Source: Bdellovibrionales bacterium
GTDB lineage: Bacteria > Bdellovibrionota > Bdellovibrionia > Bdellovibrionales > UBA1609
Direction: 5' to 3'
Length of the DNA stretch: 64,000 nt
Assembly: GCA_965205945.1 (NCBI GenBank)
Contig: CBDBIB010000001.1
Coordinates: 256,001 to 320,000, forward strand
Position 1 is the first letter of the stretch, and each line of letters opens with the position of its first letter. Shown here one piece after another: positions 38,722 through 49,702 of the stretch. The notes beneath the pieces are model-generated. The model had not been told where the DNA came from and did no database searches. It worked only from the letters and a program-made list of their open reading frames with translations. The translations under genes were made by a program, and so were the position numbers.

Positions 38722-40626
38722 TTAGACATGGGTCCCATTGAGCTTGACTTCTGTAGAGAACTTTAACGTTAATGTTTGTTCTTGTTCTGAATTTGTGAAT
38801 TCTTCAAATAAGCTGTGTACAAGGATTATTGCAATAGATCTAGGTTGAAATTTATTTTTTAAGTTTTCAGAACTTACTTTTGAGGGTTTTTTTGAGCTTA
38901 ATATGATTTTTAAAAGATTTTTTTTCGAAAGGTTTGCATACAAGTAGATAGTTTGAGTGTTTCTCAAACTAGATCTATTTAATTTTTTATTAAGGTGAGC
39001 CACGGCTTCTAAGAGTTTAATAGACAATGCTGAATCAGGAGATAAAATCTTTTGATTTAAATAAGATCCTTGAATAATTTCAAGAACAATACCTTCAGAT
39101 AAAAGATAAGCTTGTGTGAAAACCTTAAGCTGTTTAAAATACTTTAATAGAGTCTGAGATTCAAGTTGTGAGTCTAAACGTTTTACACTAATAAAATTTA
39201 AAAGCTCGTTTACAATATTGATACACTTATTCGTAGATTCTATAAGAACTTTAATATCTTGTTTTTCATCAGATGAAGACAGATTCTTATCGTCTTTTAA
39301 AAGTTCTAAAAGAATTTTTATTCCACCTAAAGGGTTATTAAGTTCATGAGCAATACTTCCTGAAATAACTCCAAACTCTTCCAACTTTGTTTTAGTCGCT
39401 TTACTAGATTCACCAAGAGTAGAGATTTCAAAATCACGATAGAAATTTAAATAGTAGTGATCATCATTAACAGGATCAAAAAATTTTTTTGAATTTACCT
39501 CTAAAGAATCATTCTTTTGATCCACTAAAAAATTTTCCCCAAGTTTACAACCTTCACAAGGCTTACTACGGTCAAAAAACTTTTCATAACAAAGAGAGCC
39601 TTTATTGTTTTTTATTTTCTTGGTATTAAATTTTCCACCGTACTCTAAAACTCTAAAACTTTTGTTAATAAGTGCAGCTTTAAACGGCAGAGCCTTAAAA
39701 GTACTCTCCCATTGTAAATTAGAATGTTGGATTTTATTTTCTGTGATCATTTGCTTTAATCTTAGGGAGAGAGCATCGGATATTTTTTGAAGTAAGGGAA
39801 TAGTTCTCTTTTTAATACCATTTCCTTTTTGAAAAGCAAAAATAACTTTTCCTTGTGTTTTAGAATCGTAATCTAAACCAAACACTTTTATTTCAAATTG
39901 ATTTTGAATTTTTATTGTAGAAAGCTCTGTTAAAATATCAGATGGCAAGAGTAATATACGCACCCAATCTATATGAAAATGTTTCCTTAAAATTACACTG
40001 ATTTTACCTTCTATTTCACCAATACTTTTAGAATTAAAAATAGATTCAAGGCAATCAAGATTTAGTGTTTCATTTAAATGCAAGAATTCAATTCTTTTTT
40101 TATTACGGAGTAATTTTTTTTTCAAATCTAATAATTTTTCTAATTTCTCCTTTTTTTTCTGGTAAAAAAAAGTTTTATCTTCAACGATTAATTTTCTTAG
40201 ACTAACATTGTGCTCTCGCTCCCTTAATGTATGAATTGCATGACTAAGATGTAAGTCCTTAAGCTCATTTATATTGATGATATTAGAGGGTAAAAAATTA
40301 TTAAAAATAGGAGCCCATAAGTTTAAATCAATAAAATTATTTTCAATAAAAGTTTTTAAATAAATAAAGACACAATTACTTAAAATATTTTTTTCTATTT
40401 GTTGTAAGAATATGAAATTTTCAAGAGTTAGGGCTGCAAGAATCACTTTAGAAGAGATAGGTTTAGTTTTACTTTTAAGAATATGAAATTTAAGATCTAA
40501 ATTTAAGTTAATACGCGTATCTTTAAGTAAATAGAAATCAGATTCCATAAAATTATTATAAGATAAATATTGTAGTATTTTAACCACAAGTAATGCACAC
40601 CTTGACCTAACGCGAGTTAAAATCAT
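38722..40626 (-). CDS. Histidine-kinase-like protein with an H-box and a degenerate C-terminal ATPase domain
   Basis: IAHELNNPLGGI; CYEKFFDRSKPCEGC; no N, G1 or G2 boxes visible. Confidence 0.7.
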   Translation of the reverse strand: MILTRVRSRCALLVVKILQYLSYNNFMESDFYLLKDTRINLNLDLKFHILKSKTKPISSKVILAALTLENFIFLQQIEKNILSNCVFIYLKTFIENNFIDLNLWAPIFNNFLPSNIININELKDLHLSHAIHTLREREHNVSLRKLIVEDKTFFYQKKKEKLEKLLDLKKKLLRNKKRIEFLHLNETLNLDCLESIFNSKSIGEIEGKISVILRKHFHIDWVRILLLPSDILTELSTIKIQNQFEIKVFGLDYDSKTQGKVIFAFQKGNGIKKRTIPLLQKISDALSLRLKQMITENKIQHSNLQWESTFKALPFKAALINKSFRVLEYGGKFNTKKIKNNKGSLCYEKFFDRSKPCEGCKLGENFLVDQKNDSLEVNSKKFFDPVNDDHYYLNFYRDFEISTLGESSKATKTKLEEFGVISGSIAHELNNPLGGIKILLELLKDDKNLSSSDEKQDIKVLIESTNKCINIVNELLNFISVKRLDSQLESQTLLKYFKQLKVFTQAYLLSEGIVLEIIQGSYLNQKILSPDSALSIKLLEAVAHLNKKLNRSSLRNTQTIYLYANLSKKNLLKIILSSKKPSKVSSENLKNKFQPRSIAIILVHSLFEEFTNSEQEQTLTLKFSTEVKLNGTHV

Positions 40627-40637
40627 AATAGGTTCTT

Positions 40638-42470
40638 ATGTGTGGAATAGTAGGGTACTTAGGAAATAAAGAAGTTAAGACTGTTCTTTTAAAAGGACTT
40701 AAGGCCTTAGAATATCGAGGCTATGATAGTGCGGGTGTGTCTATTTTTAATGGTAAGGGCATAGAACGAATTAGAGCTGCAGGTAAATTAGCGGTTTTAG
40801 AGGATAAGCTTTTAAACTACAGGTTTAAAGGAAACCTAGGAATTGGGCATACAAGATGGGCTACTCATGGAAAAGCTACTGAAAAAAATGCTCACCCACA
40901 TACAGCTCAAAAAATAAGTCTTGTTCATAACGGTATTATTGAAAACTACCTTGAGTTAAGAGAAGAGCTTTTAACTCAAGGAGTTATTTTAGGTTCTGAT
41001 ACTGATAGTGAACTTGTAGCACATTTAATTTCTAAAGAAATAAGATTAGGAAGAAATCTAGAAGAAGCCGTATTAAAGGTAAAACCTAAACTTAAAGGAG
41101 CCTATGCCATCTTAGTACTTTCAGAATTAGAACCCCATACAATGATAGGTTTTAAAGAAGGTCCCCCTCTTTTAATTGGTCAAGGTGAAAAAGAAATTAT
41201 ATTTGCAAGTGATGCTTTAGCTATTATACCTCATACGTTAAACATTATGTACTTAAATGATGGCGATGTGGCTGTTGTTAAGGGAATGGATATAAGTCTT
41301 ATAAACCATAAAGGCTTGCAACTTAAGCAGGAATGGATTGTAGTTAAGTGGACAGCAGATATTGCAAAAAAAAATGGATATGAGCATTTCATGCTTAAAG
41401 AGATTTTTGAGCAGCCAAAATCTTTAAAAAGTGCAATTACCCCTCATATAGATTTAGAGAAAAAAAAGATTATACTAGACCCACTAAGTGGTTTAACTCT
41501 TGATTATTTAAGCACAATTAAACGAATTTTTGTGGTGGCTTGTGGCACAAGTTACTACGCAGGCCTTTACTCAAAGTATATTTTTGAAAAATATACTAAA
41601 ATTCCAGTGGAATTAGATATTGCTAGTGAGTTTAGGTATAGGGAGTTAAATTTCCCTAAAAACTCTTTGGTGATTGTAATTTCTCAAAGTGGCGAAACCG
41701 CGGACACACTAGCAGCACTAAGGATTACAAAAGAAAACGGCGTAAAAGTTTTAAGTCTTTGTAATACAAAATTTTCAACAATTGATCGTGAAGCTGATTT
41801 TAATTTGTATATGAATTCTGGAATTGAAATTGGCGTAGCCTCTACAAAGGCCTTTACAAGTAGTATGGGTGTTTTAGGGCTTCTTGCTCTTTATATGGGA
41901 AAATCTAAAAACCACTTAAGTAAAGCCCTTGAAAGAGAAAATGTTGATGCTTTATTAGAACTTTCTTCAAAAATGGAATCTGTATTAATCTATAATAAGT
42001 TTTTTAAAAAGACCTCATTTTTATTTAAAAACTTTAAAGGATTTTTGTATATGGGACGAGGCGCTCATTATGCTATTGCTCTTGAAGGCGCTTTAAAAAT
42101 GAAAGAACTCGCTTATATTCACGCTGAAGGCTATGCCGCAGGTGAAATGAAGCATGGCCCCTTAGCATTGATTGATAAGAATATGTTAGTTCTTATGATT
42201 TGCCCTAAAGATAGATTTTATACAAAAACTATAAGTAATTTAGAAGAGGCTAAAGCTCGAGGTGGATACATTGTAAGTATTGGAACCGGCAATGACCAGG
42301 TGCTTAAAAGGCTTAGTGAGCAATATCTTTCACTTCCTAAAGGAAATGAAATCACTAATCCAATTCTAGAGACTATCCCAATACAGCTTCTTTCTTATCA
42401 TGTCTCCAAAGCTTTAGGGAATAATGTTGACCAACCTAGAAATTTAGCAAAATCAGTGACTGTAGAATGA
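40638..42470 (+). CDS. glmS: Glutamine-fructose-6-phosphate aminotransferase
   Basis: MCGIVG, LEYRGYDSAG, HTRWATHG, PRNLAKSVTVE. Confidence 0.98.
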   Translation: MCGIVGYLGNKEVKTVLLKGLKALEYRGYDSAGVSIFNGKGIERIRAAGKLAVLEDKLLNYRFKGNLGIGHTRWATHGKATEKNAHPHTAQKISLVHNGIIENYLELREELLTQGVILGSDTDSELVAHLISKEIRLGRNLEEAVLKVKPKLKGAYAILVLSELEPHTMIGFKEGPPLLIGQGEKEIIFASDALAIIPHTLNIMYLNDGDVAVVKGMDISLINHKGLQLKQEWIVVKWTADIAKKNGYEHFMLKEIFEQPKSLKSAITPHIDLEKKKIILDPLSGLTLDYLSTIKRIFVVACGTSYYAGLYSKYIFEKYTKIPVELDIASEFRYRELNFPKNSLVIVISQSGETADTLAALRITKENGVKVLSLCNTKFSTIDREADFNLYMNSGIEIGVASTKAFTSSMGVLGLLALYMGKSKNHLSKALERENVDALLELSSKMESVLIYNKFFKKTSFLFKNFKGFLYMGRGAHYAIALEGALKMKELAYIHAEGYAAGEMKHGPLALIDKNMLVLMICPKDRFYTKTISNLEEAKARGGYIVSIGTGNDQVLKRLSEQYLSLPKGNEITNPILETIPIQLLSYHVSKALGNNVDQPRNLAKSVTVE

Positions 42471-42930
42471 TCTTTTAAAGAGCCCTTGATCTCATATTAA
42501 AACATACTCTTAATTTAGGATAGGCTACACACCTTAAAACTTCATGGAAATTAATATTTTAAATACCAACAATTTTTTATAACACCATAACTAAAGTTTA
42601 AGGCAAAAAGTTTTTATTCTCATATATTTATTTAACTCTTAAGAAAAAATACCAAAGAGGTAGCTTCATATGCTTAAACCTTTTACTTTATACTTATTGT
42701 TATTTATAAGTTAACATGACCTTACGCAGAATAACCTGTTTAACTTTTAAATAAGCTTAAAAACACAAGATTTGTTAGTTTTACATGCAAGTATTGAGAT
42801 TTTAATATTAACCCTTATTTTATAAAAATTTACTTTTATATTAGTTTAGACCAATTAATGTGCACATCTACCATGAATCGCCACCAATAATATGTAAAAC
42901 CTTTCTTATATTTACTGCTTAGGCTACATT

Positions 42931-43314
42931 ATGAATCTCATGAAAAAAAATACTAAAAGAAACTCATCACTAGAAGCAGCCCTTGATGTTTTACAAAGTG
43001 TATTTCAAAAGAGCAAAGGTTCATTTGCAGATGAATACCAAAGACTTAAATTAGAGCAAAATTGGCAAAAGATTGTTGGAAAAGACCTAGCCTCTGAAAC
43101 TTTTCCTAGAAAACTTTTTAAAACTACTCTCTATATTACTGCAAAATCATCAGAAGCTCAGTATTATTGCAGATTTTCTCAAGATTTTATAAAAGAACGA
43201 ATCAATAAATTTCTAGGTTTTAAAGTGATAGAGCGTTTAAGCTTCAGCCATAAGCCTAAAGAAAAAAAAGACTACAGTTTAAAGGCTAAAAAATTTATTA
43301 ATGCAATAAGATAG
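42931..43314 (+). CDS. DUF721/DciA-like protein
   Basis: L.QNWQKIVG..LASETFP......LYI.......I.ERIN.FLG. Confidence 0.65.
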   Translation: MNLMKKNTKRNSSLEAALDVLQSVFQKSKGSFADEYQRLKLEQNWQKIVGKDLASETFPRKLFKTTLYITAKSSEAQYYCRFSQDFIKERINKFLGFKVIERLSFSHKPKEKKDYSLKAKKFINAIR

Positions 43315-43419
43315 ATCAAATAAAACTATTAAAAAAAAACAAATGATTTTTTTAAAGTTAATCACAAAGTTACGCTTACTTACGCAAAATAATTATTAAA
43401 ATAAAATCCTATGACAGTC

Positions 43420-44784
43420 TTTCGCTAAAAACTTCAGTCAATTTGTTGGTAATGATTGTTCAACTGTTTTTACAAAGATTAACCCTTAATAGCAGCAACA
43501 GTAGCCTTCCACCATCAAGTGACAAAAAACAAAGACGAACAAAAATAACTGTTCCAGGTAAGAAGAAGAAAAAATCGAATAAATCGGTTGGTGGTCAAGA
43601 AGGGCATGAGGGGAAAACTCTTGAGAAATTTTCAGAAGATAGGGTGGATGAGGTTGTTGAGCTGAGTCTTGATCGTAGAACTCTGCCTCAGGGAGCAAAA
43701 TTAAAAGCTGATGGTTTTGAGTCCAGACAAGTCATAGATGTGGTTTTAGATTTTGTAGTCACAGAGTACCAGGCAGAGGTTCTTGTTGATAAAGATGGTA
43801 CTCGTTATGTAGCGGACTTTCCAAAACATATTAAAAAAGCAGTACAATACGGTTCAACAGTAAAGGCCTTATCAACATATTTATCTCAGTATCAGTTGTT
43901 ACCATACAATAGAGTTCAAGAGATGTTTGAGAACTGTTTTGGTCTTAAGATTAGCCAGGGCACGATTTGCAATTTTAACCAAGAAGCCTATGAGCGGTTT
44001 GAGTACTTTGAAGAGGAAATCAAACAAACATTAAAGTCAGCAGGTGTGGTCAATGCTGATGAGACAGGAATACAGATTGGTGAAAAAAACCATTGGATGC
44101 ATGTTCTTTGCACTCCGAAGACGACTTATTTTTTCCCACACGAAAAGCGTGGTCAAGAAGCAATGAGTGAGATGGATATTTTGAAAGAATTTAATGGTGT
44201 CCTTTATCACGATCATTGGAAGCCCTATTTTGGGATGACTAAAGAGCACTCACTGTGCAACGCCCATCACTTAAGAGAGCTTCAGTGGGTGATTGATTTT
44301 AAGGGGCATAAGTGGGCTAAATCCATGAAAAGTTTTTTAAACAAAACTAATGATTTAACGACTGAAGCCGGGGGCGTACTATCTGAAGAAGATCAAAGGA
44401 GGCGGATTATAGCTTACAGGAAAATCATACGGGTAGGGCAAAATGAGTGTCCAATAATAGTTCGGGCGAGAGGATCAGGAAATAAAAAAGTAAAACAAAC
44501 TAAGGAAAGAAATTTACTCGATAGGCTTGATAAGTTCGAAGGAACAGTCTTACACTTTATGCGCAAGAAGAATGTTCCATTTACCAATAATCAAGCCGAG
44601 CGAGATATCCGTATGCTAAAGGTTCATCAAAAAATCAGTGGTTGTTTTAAATCCATGGCTGGTGCCAGGTATTTTTGCAGAGCAAGAGGTTACTTGTTAA
44701 CAAAAAGAAAACGTGGCTACTCTCCATTTTCGGTGATGAGTGAGCTTTTTTACGAAAAAGACTAAAAACTTGCTGAATGGATAC
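43420..44784 (+). mobile_element. IS66-family (single-ORF type) element with the left end missing
   Basis: Right end GCTGAATGGATAC; higher GC than the flanks; no matching left IR seen. Confidence 0.75.
43443..44765 (+). CDS. IS66-family transposase, probably 5'-truncated
   Basis: LNSSNSSLPPSSD, GGQEGHEGKTL, NADETG, LCNAHHLREL, FTNNQAERDIRM. Confidence 0.88.
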   Translation: MLVMIVQLFLQRLTLNSSNSSLPPSSDKKQRRTKITVPGKKKKKSNKSVGGQEGHEGKTLEKFSEDRVDEVVELSLDRRTLPQGAKLKADGFESRQVIDVVLDFVVTEYQAEVLVDKDGTRYVADFPKHIKKAVQYGSTVKALSTYLSQYQLLPYNRVQEMFENCFGLKISQGTICNFNQEAYERFEYFEEEIKQTLKSAGVVNADETGIQIGEKNHWMHVLCTPKTTYFFPHEKRGQEAMSEMDILKEFNGVLYHDHWKPYFGMTKEHSLCNAHHLRELQWVIDFKGHKWAKSMKSFLNKTNDLTTEAGGVLSEEDQRRRIIAYRKIIRVGQNECPIIVRARGSGNKKVKQTKERNLLDRLDKFEGTVLHFMRKKNVPFTNNQAERDIRMLKVHQKISGCFKSMAGARYFCRARGYLLTKRKRGYSPFSVMSELFYEKD

Positions 44785-44830
44785 ATTTTTTTTTAATCCT
44801 GATTTTAAACACCTTTTTATAAGATTAATC

Positions 44831-45616
44831 TTATTTCTCCTCAGTTTTTTCTATAGATTTTCTACCCAATGATTTTAAATAACTTGAAGTACTCTCACTT
44901 TTTCCTAAAAAACTACTCATTTTATTATAAAGACTTGGATCAGAAATAAGTTTTCCTAAAGCTCCCTGGCCAAGATTAATTTTTGTAAGAATTGAATTTA
45001 ATTGTTTTAAGGATTTTTGAGCATAGTTTCCTGAATTAATAGAGACAAAGATTGTATGAAGTTCTTTTAAGGTAGATTTTAGCTCTTTAGCATTTTCTTT
45101 TACCCCCTCCTCTGAATTTAAGAAAGTAATGAGTTCTTCAAATTTTTTAAAAATTCCAGAAAAATTTGGAATATTATCAACTTTTTCTTGAACTTTAGAA
45201 AGAATATCATTATGAGGTTTTGTTAAAAGTTCTTCTCCATGCTTGATTGAAGTACTTTTAAAGGAGCCTCCTGAAAGAAAAATAAAACGATCCCCCAAAG
45301 CTCCTTGTGTTCTTAATTGAGCCACAGAATCTTGTTTAATAAAAGGAAGGTATGAGTTTTTAATAGAATAACTTACCCTTAATGCTTTTTTATTATCATC
45401 ATATTCTATAGCTTTAACATTTCCCACAGTGATTCCTAAGAATGAAACCATGCTTCCAAACATTAATCCTTGAGTATCATTAAAGTAAGAATAAATGCGA
45501 CTTCGATTAGAAAACATGTTTTCATCACTACTTAAAGAATAAAAAATTATTCCAAAAAGTAAAATCCCGAAACTTATAAAAACACCTGTTTGTATATAGT
45601 TTGATTTTTTTTTCAT
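44831..45616 (-). CDS. mlaD: MlaD/MCE-domain protein
   Basis: TM anchor, GLMFGSMVSFLGITVGNV, TQGALGDRFI. Confidence 0.85.
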   Translation of the reverse strand: MKKKSNYIQTGVFISFGILLFGIIFYSLSSDENMFSNRSRIYSYFNDTQGLMFGSMVSFLGITVGNVKAIEYDDNKKALRVSYSIKNSYLPFIKQDSVAQLRTQGALGDRFIFLSGGSFKSTSIKHGEELLTKPHNDILSKVQEKVDNIPNFSGIFKKFEELITFLNSEEGVKENAKELKSTLKELHTIFVSINSGNYAQKSLKQLNSILTKINLGQGALGKLISDPSLYNKMSSFLGKSESTSSYLKSLGRKSIEKTEEK

Positions 45617-46347
45617 TAGTTTGAATCTCCTGTCATAAATTTGATAATAGGGTGATTGTTGTTTTTTAATTCTTTAGATGTTGCCTCAATTTCTATTTTT
45701 TTATTTCTTAAGAGCAAAATACGATCACAAATTCTAAGAGCTGAAGGCATATCATGTGTTACAAAAATAGAGGTATAACCTAATCTCTTTAATTTTATAA
45801 TAGTGTCTTGAATTATGAGCGTGTTTTTAGGGTCTAAACCGGCAGTGGGTTCATCAAATAAAACAACTTCAGGCTCAAGCATTAAAGACCTTGCAAGACC
45901 CACACGTTTTTGCATACCACCTGAAAGTTCTGCTGGAAAAAGTTCCTCTGTATGAGAAAGATCAAGATCACTAAGTATTTTTTGAATTCTATTTGTAATT
46001 TCTGTTTTATTAAGATTTAAATGCCTTCTTAAAGGAAAAGCTAAGTTTTCATAAACAGAAAGAGAATCAAAAAGAGCACCATTTTGAAAAACGTAAGCAA
46101 TTTCTTTTCTAATGTTAAACCACTCTTCTTCAGATAAATTTGAGAGCACCTGTTTTTTATAAGTAATCTCTCCCTTATCAGGGCTCTCTAAACCAATAAG
46201 AGCTCTTAAAACAACAGATTTTCCAGTGCCAGATCCTCCAAGTAAACCAAGGCACTCACCCTTTTTAAGGCTAAAAGTAGTTCCTTGATGAACCGATTTA
46301 CTTCCAAAATTTTTATGGAAATTTTTAATCTCTAAAATTGGCGCCAT
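45616..46347 (-). CDS. mlaF: MlaF-type ABC ATPase
   Basis: GGSGTGKS, FQNGALFDSL, LSGGMQKRVGLAR. Confidence 0.88.
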   Translation of the reverse strand: MAPILEIKNFHKNFGSKSVHQGTTFSLKKGECLGLLGGSGTGKSVVLRALIGLESPDKGEITYKKQVLSNLSEEEWFNIRKEIAYVFQNGALFDSLSVYENLAFPLRRHLNLNKTEITNRIQKILSDLDLSHTEELFPAELSGGMQKRVGLARSLMLEPEVVLFDEPTAGLDPKNTLIIQDTIIKLKRLGYTSIFVTHDMPSALRICDRILLLRNKKIEIEATSKELKNNNHPIIKFMTGDSN

Positions 46348-47117
46348 GCTTCAAACATCCAGTATAGTTTAGTTATAAAATAATCAAAAATAAAAATAAG
46401 TATTGAACCTGCAACAACAGCAAAAGTAGTGGCTTTTCCCACCCCTTTTGTTCCTTCTCTTACACAAAAGCCGTAGTAACAAGCAGGAATACAAACACAA
46501 ATCGCAAAAATATACGATTTTAAAAAGCCAGAGCTAAATTCTCTTAGGCTTACAGTTGTAACAATTTTTTGATAAAAGAAATAAGGGTCTAAAGCAAGTT
46601 CAGTGTGACCTATCAAAGCTGATGCTGCAAGAGCTAAGAAACTAGTGATCAGTGTAAGAATTGGAAAAGCCACTAAGCATGCTATGAGCCTTGGAGCAAC
46701 AATTTCTTCAATGGGAGAACAGCCTAAAGCTTTTATAGCATCTATTTGTTGAGTTACTTTCATTGAACCAACTTCAGAAGCAATACCAGCACCAACTCTT
46801 GCTGCACACATTAAAGCTGTAAACACAGGGCTTATTTCCATAAAAATAGCTAGTGACATTAATTTTGGAACGTAAGGCTTCCCACCAAAACGCTCTAAAC
46901 CTAGGCCAAACTGCAAAGTCATTACAAAACCTGAACTAAGTGCTGTGATTGCAATTAAAGGAATAGAGTTGACCCCTATTTCTTTAATCTGCTCAAATAT
47001 TAAATAAGAAGGAGTTTTACCTTGGATTATTTTTTTTAAAGCCTCTTTAAAAAGATAAAAGCATTCACCCAAAATATCAAAAAAATAAGCAACTCCTGCG
47101 ACCAGATTTTTTAACAT
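46332..47117 (-). CDS. mlaE: MlaE-type ABC permease
   Basis: ARVGAGIASEVGSMKVTQQIDA, GVGKATT.AVV. Confidence 0.9.
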   Translation of the reverse strand: MLKNLVAGVAYFFDILGECFYLFKEALKKIIQGKTPSYLIFEQIKEIGVNSIPLIAITALSSGFVMTLQFGLGLERFGGKPYVPKLMSLAIFMEISPVFTALMCAARVGAGIASEVGSMKVTQQIDAIKALGCSPIEEIVAPRLIACLVAFPILTLITSFLALAASALIGHTELALDPYFFYQKIVTTVSLREFSSGFLKSYIFAICVCIPACYYGFCVREGTKGVGKATTFAVVAGSILIFIFDYFITKLYWMFEAWRQF

Positions 47118-47127
47118 GGAATATCCA

Positions 47128-47616
47128 TTAGCGCTTAATTTTAAATGAGGTTAAGAACCGTTCGAATATATCTTTAGTTTTAAGAAAGGTTGTTGAAACT
47201 CCTGAATGAGATATTAAAAAAAAACATCCGTATTTTTCTAATACAATAAGATCAAACGATGTAAGAATACCCTCAATTTCAGTTTGAATTTTTTGCCTAA
47301 GAGCCTTTCTTAAATTATATTTAAAGGTTGATACTGCAAATACCTTAACAGGGTAGAATTCATTTGTAATTTTTTGTAAAAAAAGTTCAGTGCTTTGTGA
47401 ATTTGATGTACATTCTGATTTATAAGAAATAATAGATCCAGTTTCTTCATTAATCCATGCTGAATCAGCGCTAAACTCTGTAGTTTCTAAAAAGCCGGGG
47501 CTTGGTTTAGAGTATCTTACTTTTTTATATGATTCTATTTTTTTTTGGCCTAAAGAAAGCTGTACACAGGCAGAGCACAGAAAAACTATAAAGAATATTT
47601 TAAAAAGATTTAACAC
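47128..47616 (-). CDS. Hypothetical lipoprotein heading the mla operon
   Basis: CSAC lipobox. Confidence 0.65.
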   Translation of the reverse strand: MLNLFKIFFIVFLCSACVQLSLGQKKIESYKKVRYSKPSPGFLETTEFSADSAWINEETGSIISYKSECTSNSQSTELFLQKITNEFYPVKVFAVSTFKYNLRKALRQKIQTEIEGILTSFDLIVLEKYGCFFLISHSGVSTTFLKTKDIFERFLTSFKIKR

Positions 47617-47706
47617 AATAGTGAAACTTTAACCTTAAGAAAGTCTATTGGCCAGAAAAAATAAAGATTTGCAGTGATCTAAGTTTTGTAAACTAGGGTT
47701 TAAACT

Positions 47707-47734
47707 AAAAAAACCAGCAAACAGCTGGTTTTTA
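47707..47734. terminator. Intrinsic terminator downstream of the HU gene
   Basis: AAAAAACCAGC-AAACA-GCTGGTTTTT. Confidence 0.75.
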
Positions 47735-47757
47735 CCTTCTAATTCTTAAAAAACTAC

Positions 47758-48039
47758 TTATCTTACACTTTTCTTAAAATCAGAGCCTGCTCTAAATTTA
47801 GGAACCCAAGCAGCTGGAATTTTTATTGCAGCTCCAGTTTGTGGGTTGCGTCCCATTCTAGCTTTTCTTTTAGTTTTTGTAAAAGTTCCAAACCCTACTA
47901 ATTTAATATCAGTGGCTTTCTTAACATTTTTTTGAACAGTCCCCACGAAACAATCCAAAAACCTTTCAGTTTCAGCCTTAGTAGTGTGTAACTCTTTAGC
48001 TATTTTCTCGACTAATTGTGCTTTGTTTAAGCTTTCCAT
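47758..48039 (-). CDS. hup: HU family DNA-binding protein
   Basis: NKAQLV, LVGFGTF, RKARMGRNPQTG, PKFRAG. Confidence 0.93.
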   Translation of the reverse strand: MESLNKAQLVEKIAKELHTTKAETERFLDCFVGTVQKNVKKATDIKLVGFGTFTKTKRKARMGRNPQTGAAIKIPAAWVPKFRAGSDFKKSVR

Positions 48040-48149
48040 TGTATCCCCCTTAATGGTTATGATTTAAATTATAAACACCTACAATTGGAATCTGGAAAAG
48101 AGTGGTGGTCAACCCCTAAAAACACTTTCTTATTTTTTTTATTTATATG

Positions 48150-48839
48150 TTACTTTCTAATTAACTGCTGCTTGCCTAAATCAACATCATTAAAGCTAAT
48201 ATTTGCACGCATACTAGGAGTATGTTTATTTCCATGCTCTTTTTCAACAGTAATTGTTAACCAGCCTTGTGGCGTATAAGAATCGATAGTTAGGTCCTTT
48301 TGTGTACAATCTATGCGTCCATTAAAAATCATTCTTCTAACAGGAAAGCCTTGCCCTCCTGCATAAGCCCATCCATTAGCGGTTGCATCAATTGCAATGG
48401 TGGCAGTCTTATTATAGCCCTTAAAAAAACTAACCGTAATGCCCATAGGTTGTTGACTCCACCATGTGCAGTTTGCAGTTCCATCATACCTTTCGTATTG
48501 ATATTGCTCATAAGTAGCGTTTGCATTAGCATACCTAACCCAACCACTATACGACCTACAGTCAGTCTGAGACTCTATAAGGTCCTTATAACTGCCCCTA
48601 TTAATAACATTTTTCATATATCCATAAAACGTATGTTTCTGATTACTAATGTTAGAGCAATGATTTGAAATATATTGAGGATTGCCTTGATTATTTAAAT
48701 TGCCTGAGCGCCAAGGTTTTACATTATCTGATGAATGTGGACGTGTTGTAATATCTTTTCCACTAGAATAAGAACTGTTATCACAAGCTGTAATAAACAA
48801 ACTTAATGAAATTAGTAATAATGGTATAAAATATTTCAT
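48150..48839 (-). CDS. Hypothetical lipoprotein
   Basis: ITAC lipobox; RBS upstream. Confidence 0.65.
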   Translation of the reverse strand: MKYFIPLLLISLSLFITACDNSSYSSGKDITTRPHSSDNVKPWRSGNLNNQGNPQYISNHCSNISNQKHTFYGYMKNVINRGSYKDLIESQTDCRSYSGWVRYANANATYEQYQYERYDGTANCTWWSQQPMGITVSFFKGYNKTATIAIDATANGWAYAGGQGFPVRRMIFNGRIDCTQKDLTIDSYTPQGWLTITVEKEHGNKHTPSMRANISFNDVDLGKQQLIRK

Positions 48840-48959
48840 AATATCCCCTTTTCCCTAAATAGGGTTGTTCACAATTTATGCCATCTTTAAAATGCCGTAC
48901 AGAGGTGTTTAAAGCACTTTAGTTGACAGTTTAGAGTATAATGGTAGTTCATTTTATGT

Positions 48960-49694
48960 ATGATTGATCAAATTTTTTACACAGAAGGGGCTGGAAATAA
49001 GTTCTTTTTTACTATGTCTAATAAACTAAATTTTATAGATCTGCTTAAAATAGCCAATAAAAAAAAGTTAAGACCCGATGGCTTTATTGTCTCAAAAAGA
49101 GTTGATAAAACACAACTGACTTTTAACTTTTATAATAATGATGGAAGTAATGTAGATTTTTGTGGAAATGCACTAAGAGCGGTGGGTGTTTGCTATAATC
49201 AAATATCTGGTTGTGGCAGTTTTTACTTAAAAACAAATGTTGGCAATCTAAGAATAAATGTTAAAAGTCAGACTTTAGTAGAGGCACAGATGCCAGTCCC
49301 GGAATTAAAAACCGTAATTAAAGTTGATAATCATAATATTCCTTGTGTTTTATCTGGAGTTTTACATTTAGTTTTTGACCAAAGCCTTTTTGGAATTAGA
49401 GATAAAAAAGATATGAGAGGTTTTTGTCAAAGGGTTAGAGAGATGGATTTGGGTGGGGCTCAAACATACAACCTTACATTTTACAAGCCTAGTACGGAGC
49501 CTGTTGACTGTGTGACCTTTGAAAGAGGAGTTGAAGATTTTACTTTAGCTTGTGGATCTGGTGCTTTATCAGTTGCTCAAGTTATAGGTGTAGACAGGCT
49601 CAACTTAAAAATGCCTGGTGGTTTATTAAAGGTTAGTAGAAGAAATAATGAGGTTTTTATGTTAGGCTCTGCTAAAATCATTGAAACTTATTAA
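48960..49694 (+). CDS. dapF: Diaminopimelate epimerase
   Basis: GAGN.F, FYNNDGS..FCGNALR, TFERGVEDFTLACGSG, MPGG. Confidence 0.9.
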   Translation: MIDQIFYTEGAGNKFFFTMSNKLNFIDLLKIANKKKLRPDGFIVSKRVDKTQLTFNFYNNDGSNVDFCGNALRAVGVCYNQISGCGSFYLKTNVGNLRINVKSQTLVEAQMPVPELKTVIKVDNHNIPCVLSGVLHLVFDQSLFGIRDKKDMRGFCQRVREMDLGGAQTYNLTFYKPSTEPVDCVTFERGVEDFTLACGSGALSVAQVIGVDRLNLKMPGGLLKVSRRNNEVFMLGSAKIIETY

Positions 49695-49702
49695 AGGTAA
49701 TA

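Noticed and set aside
48868..48884. Sigma54-like promoter ATGGCATAAATTGTGAA
   Set aside because: The -12 element lacks the conserved GC; too weak to call.
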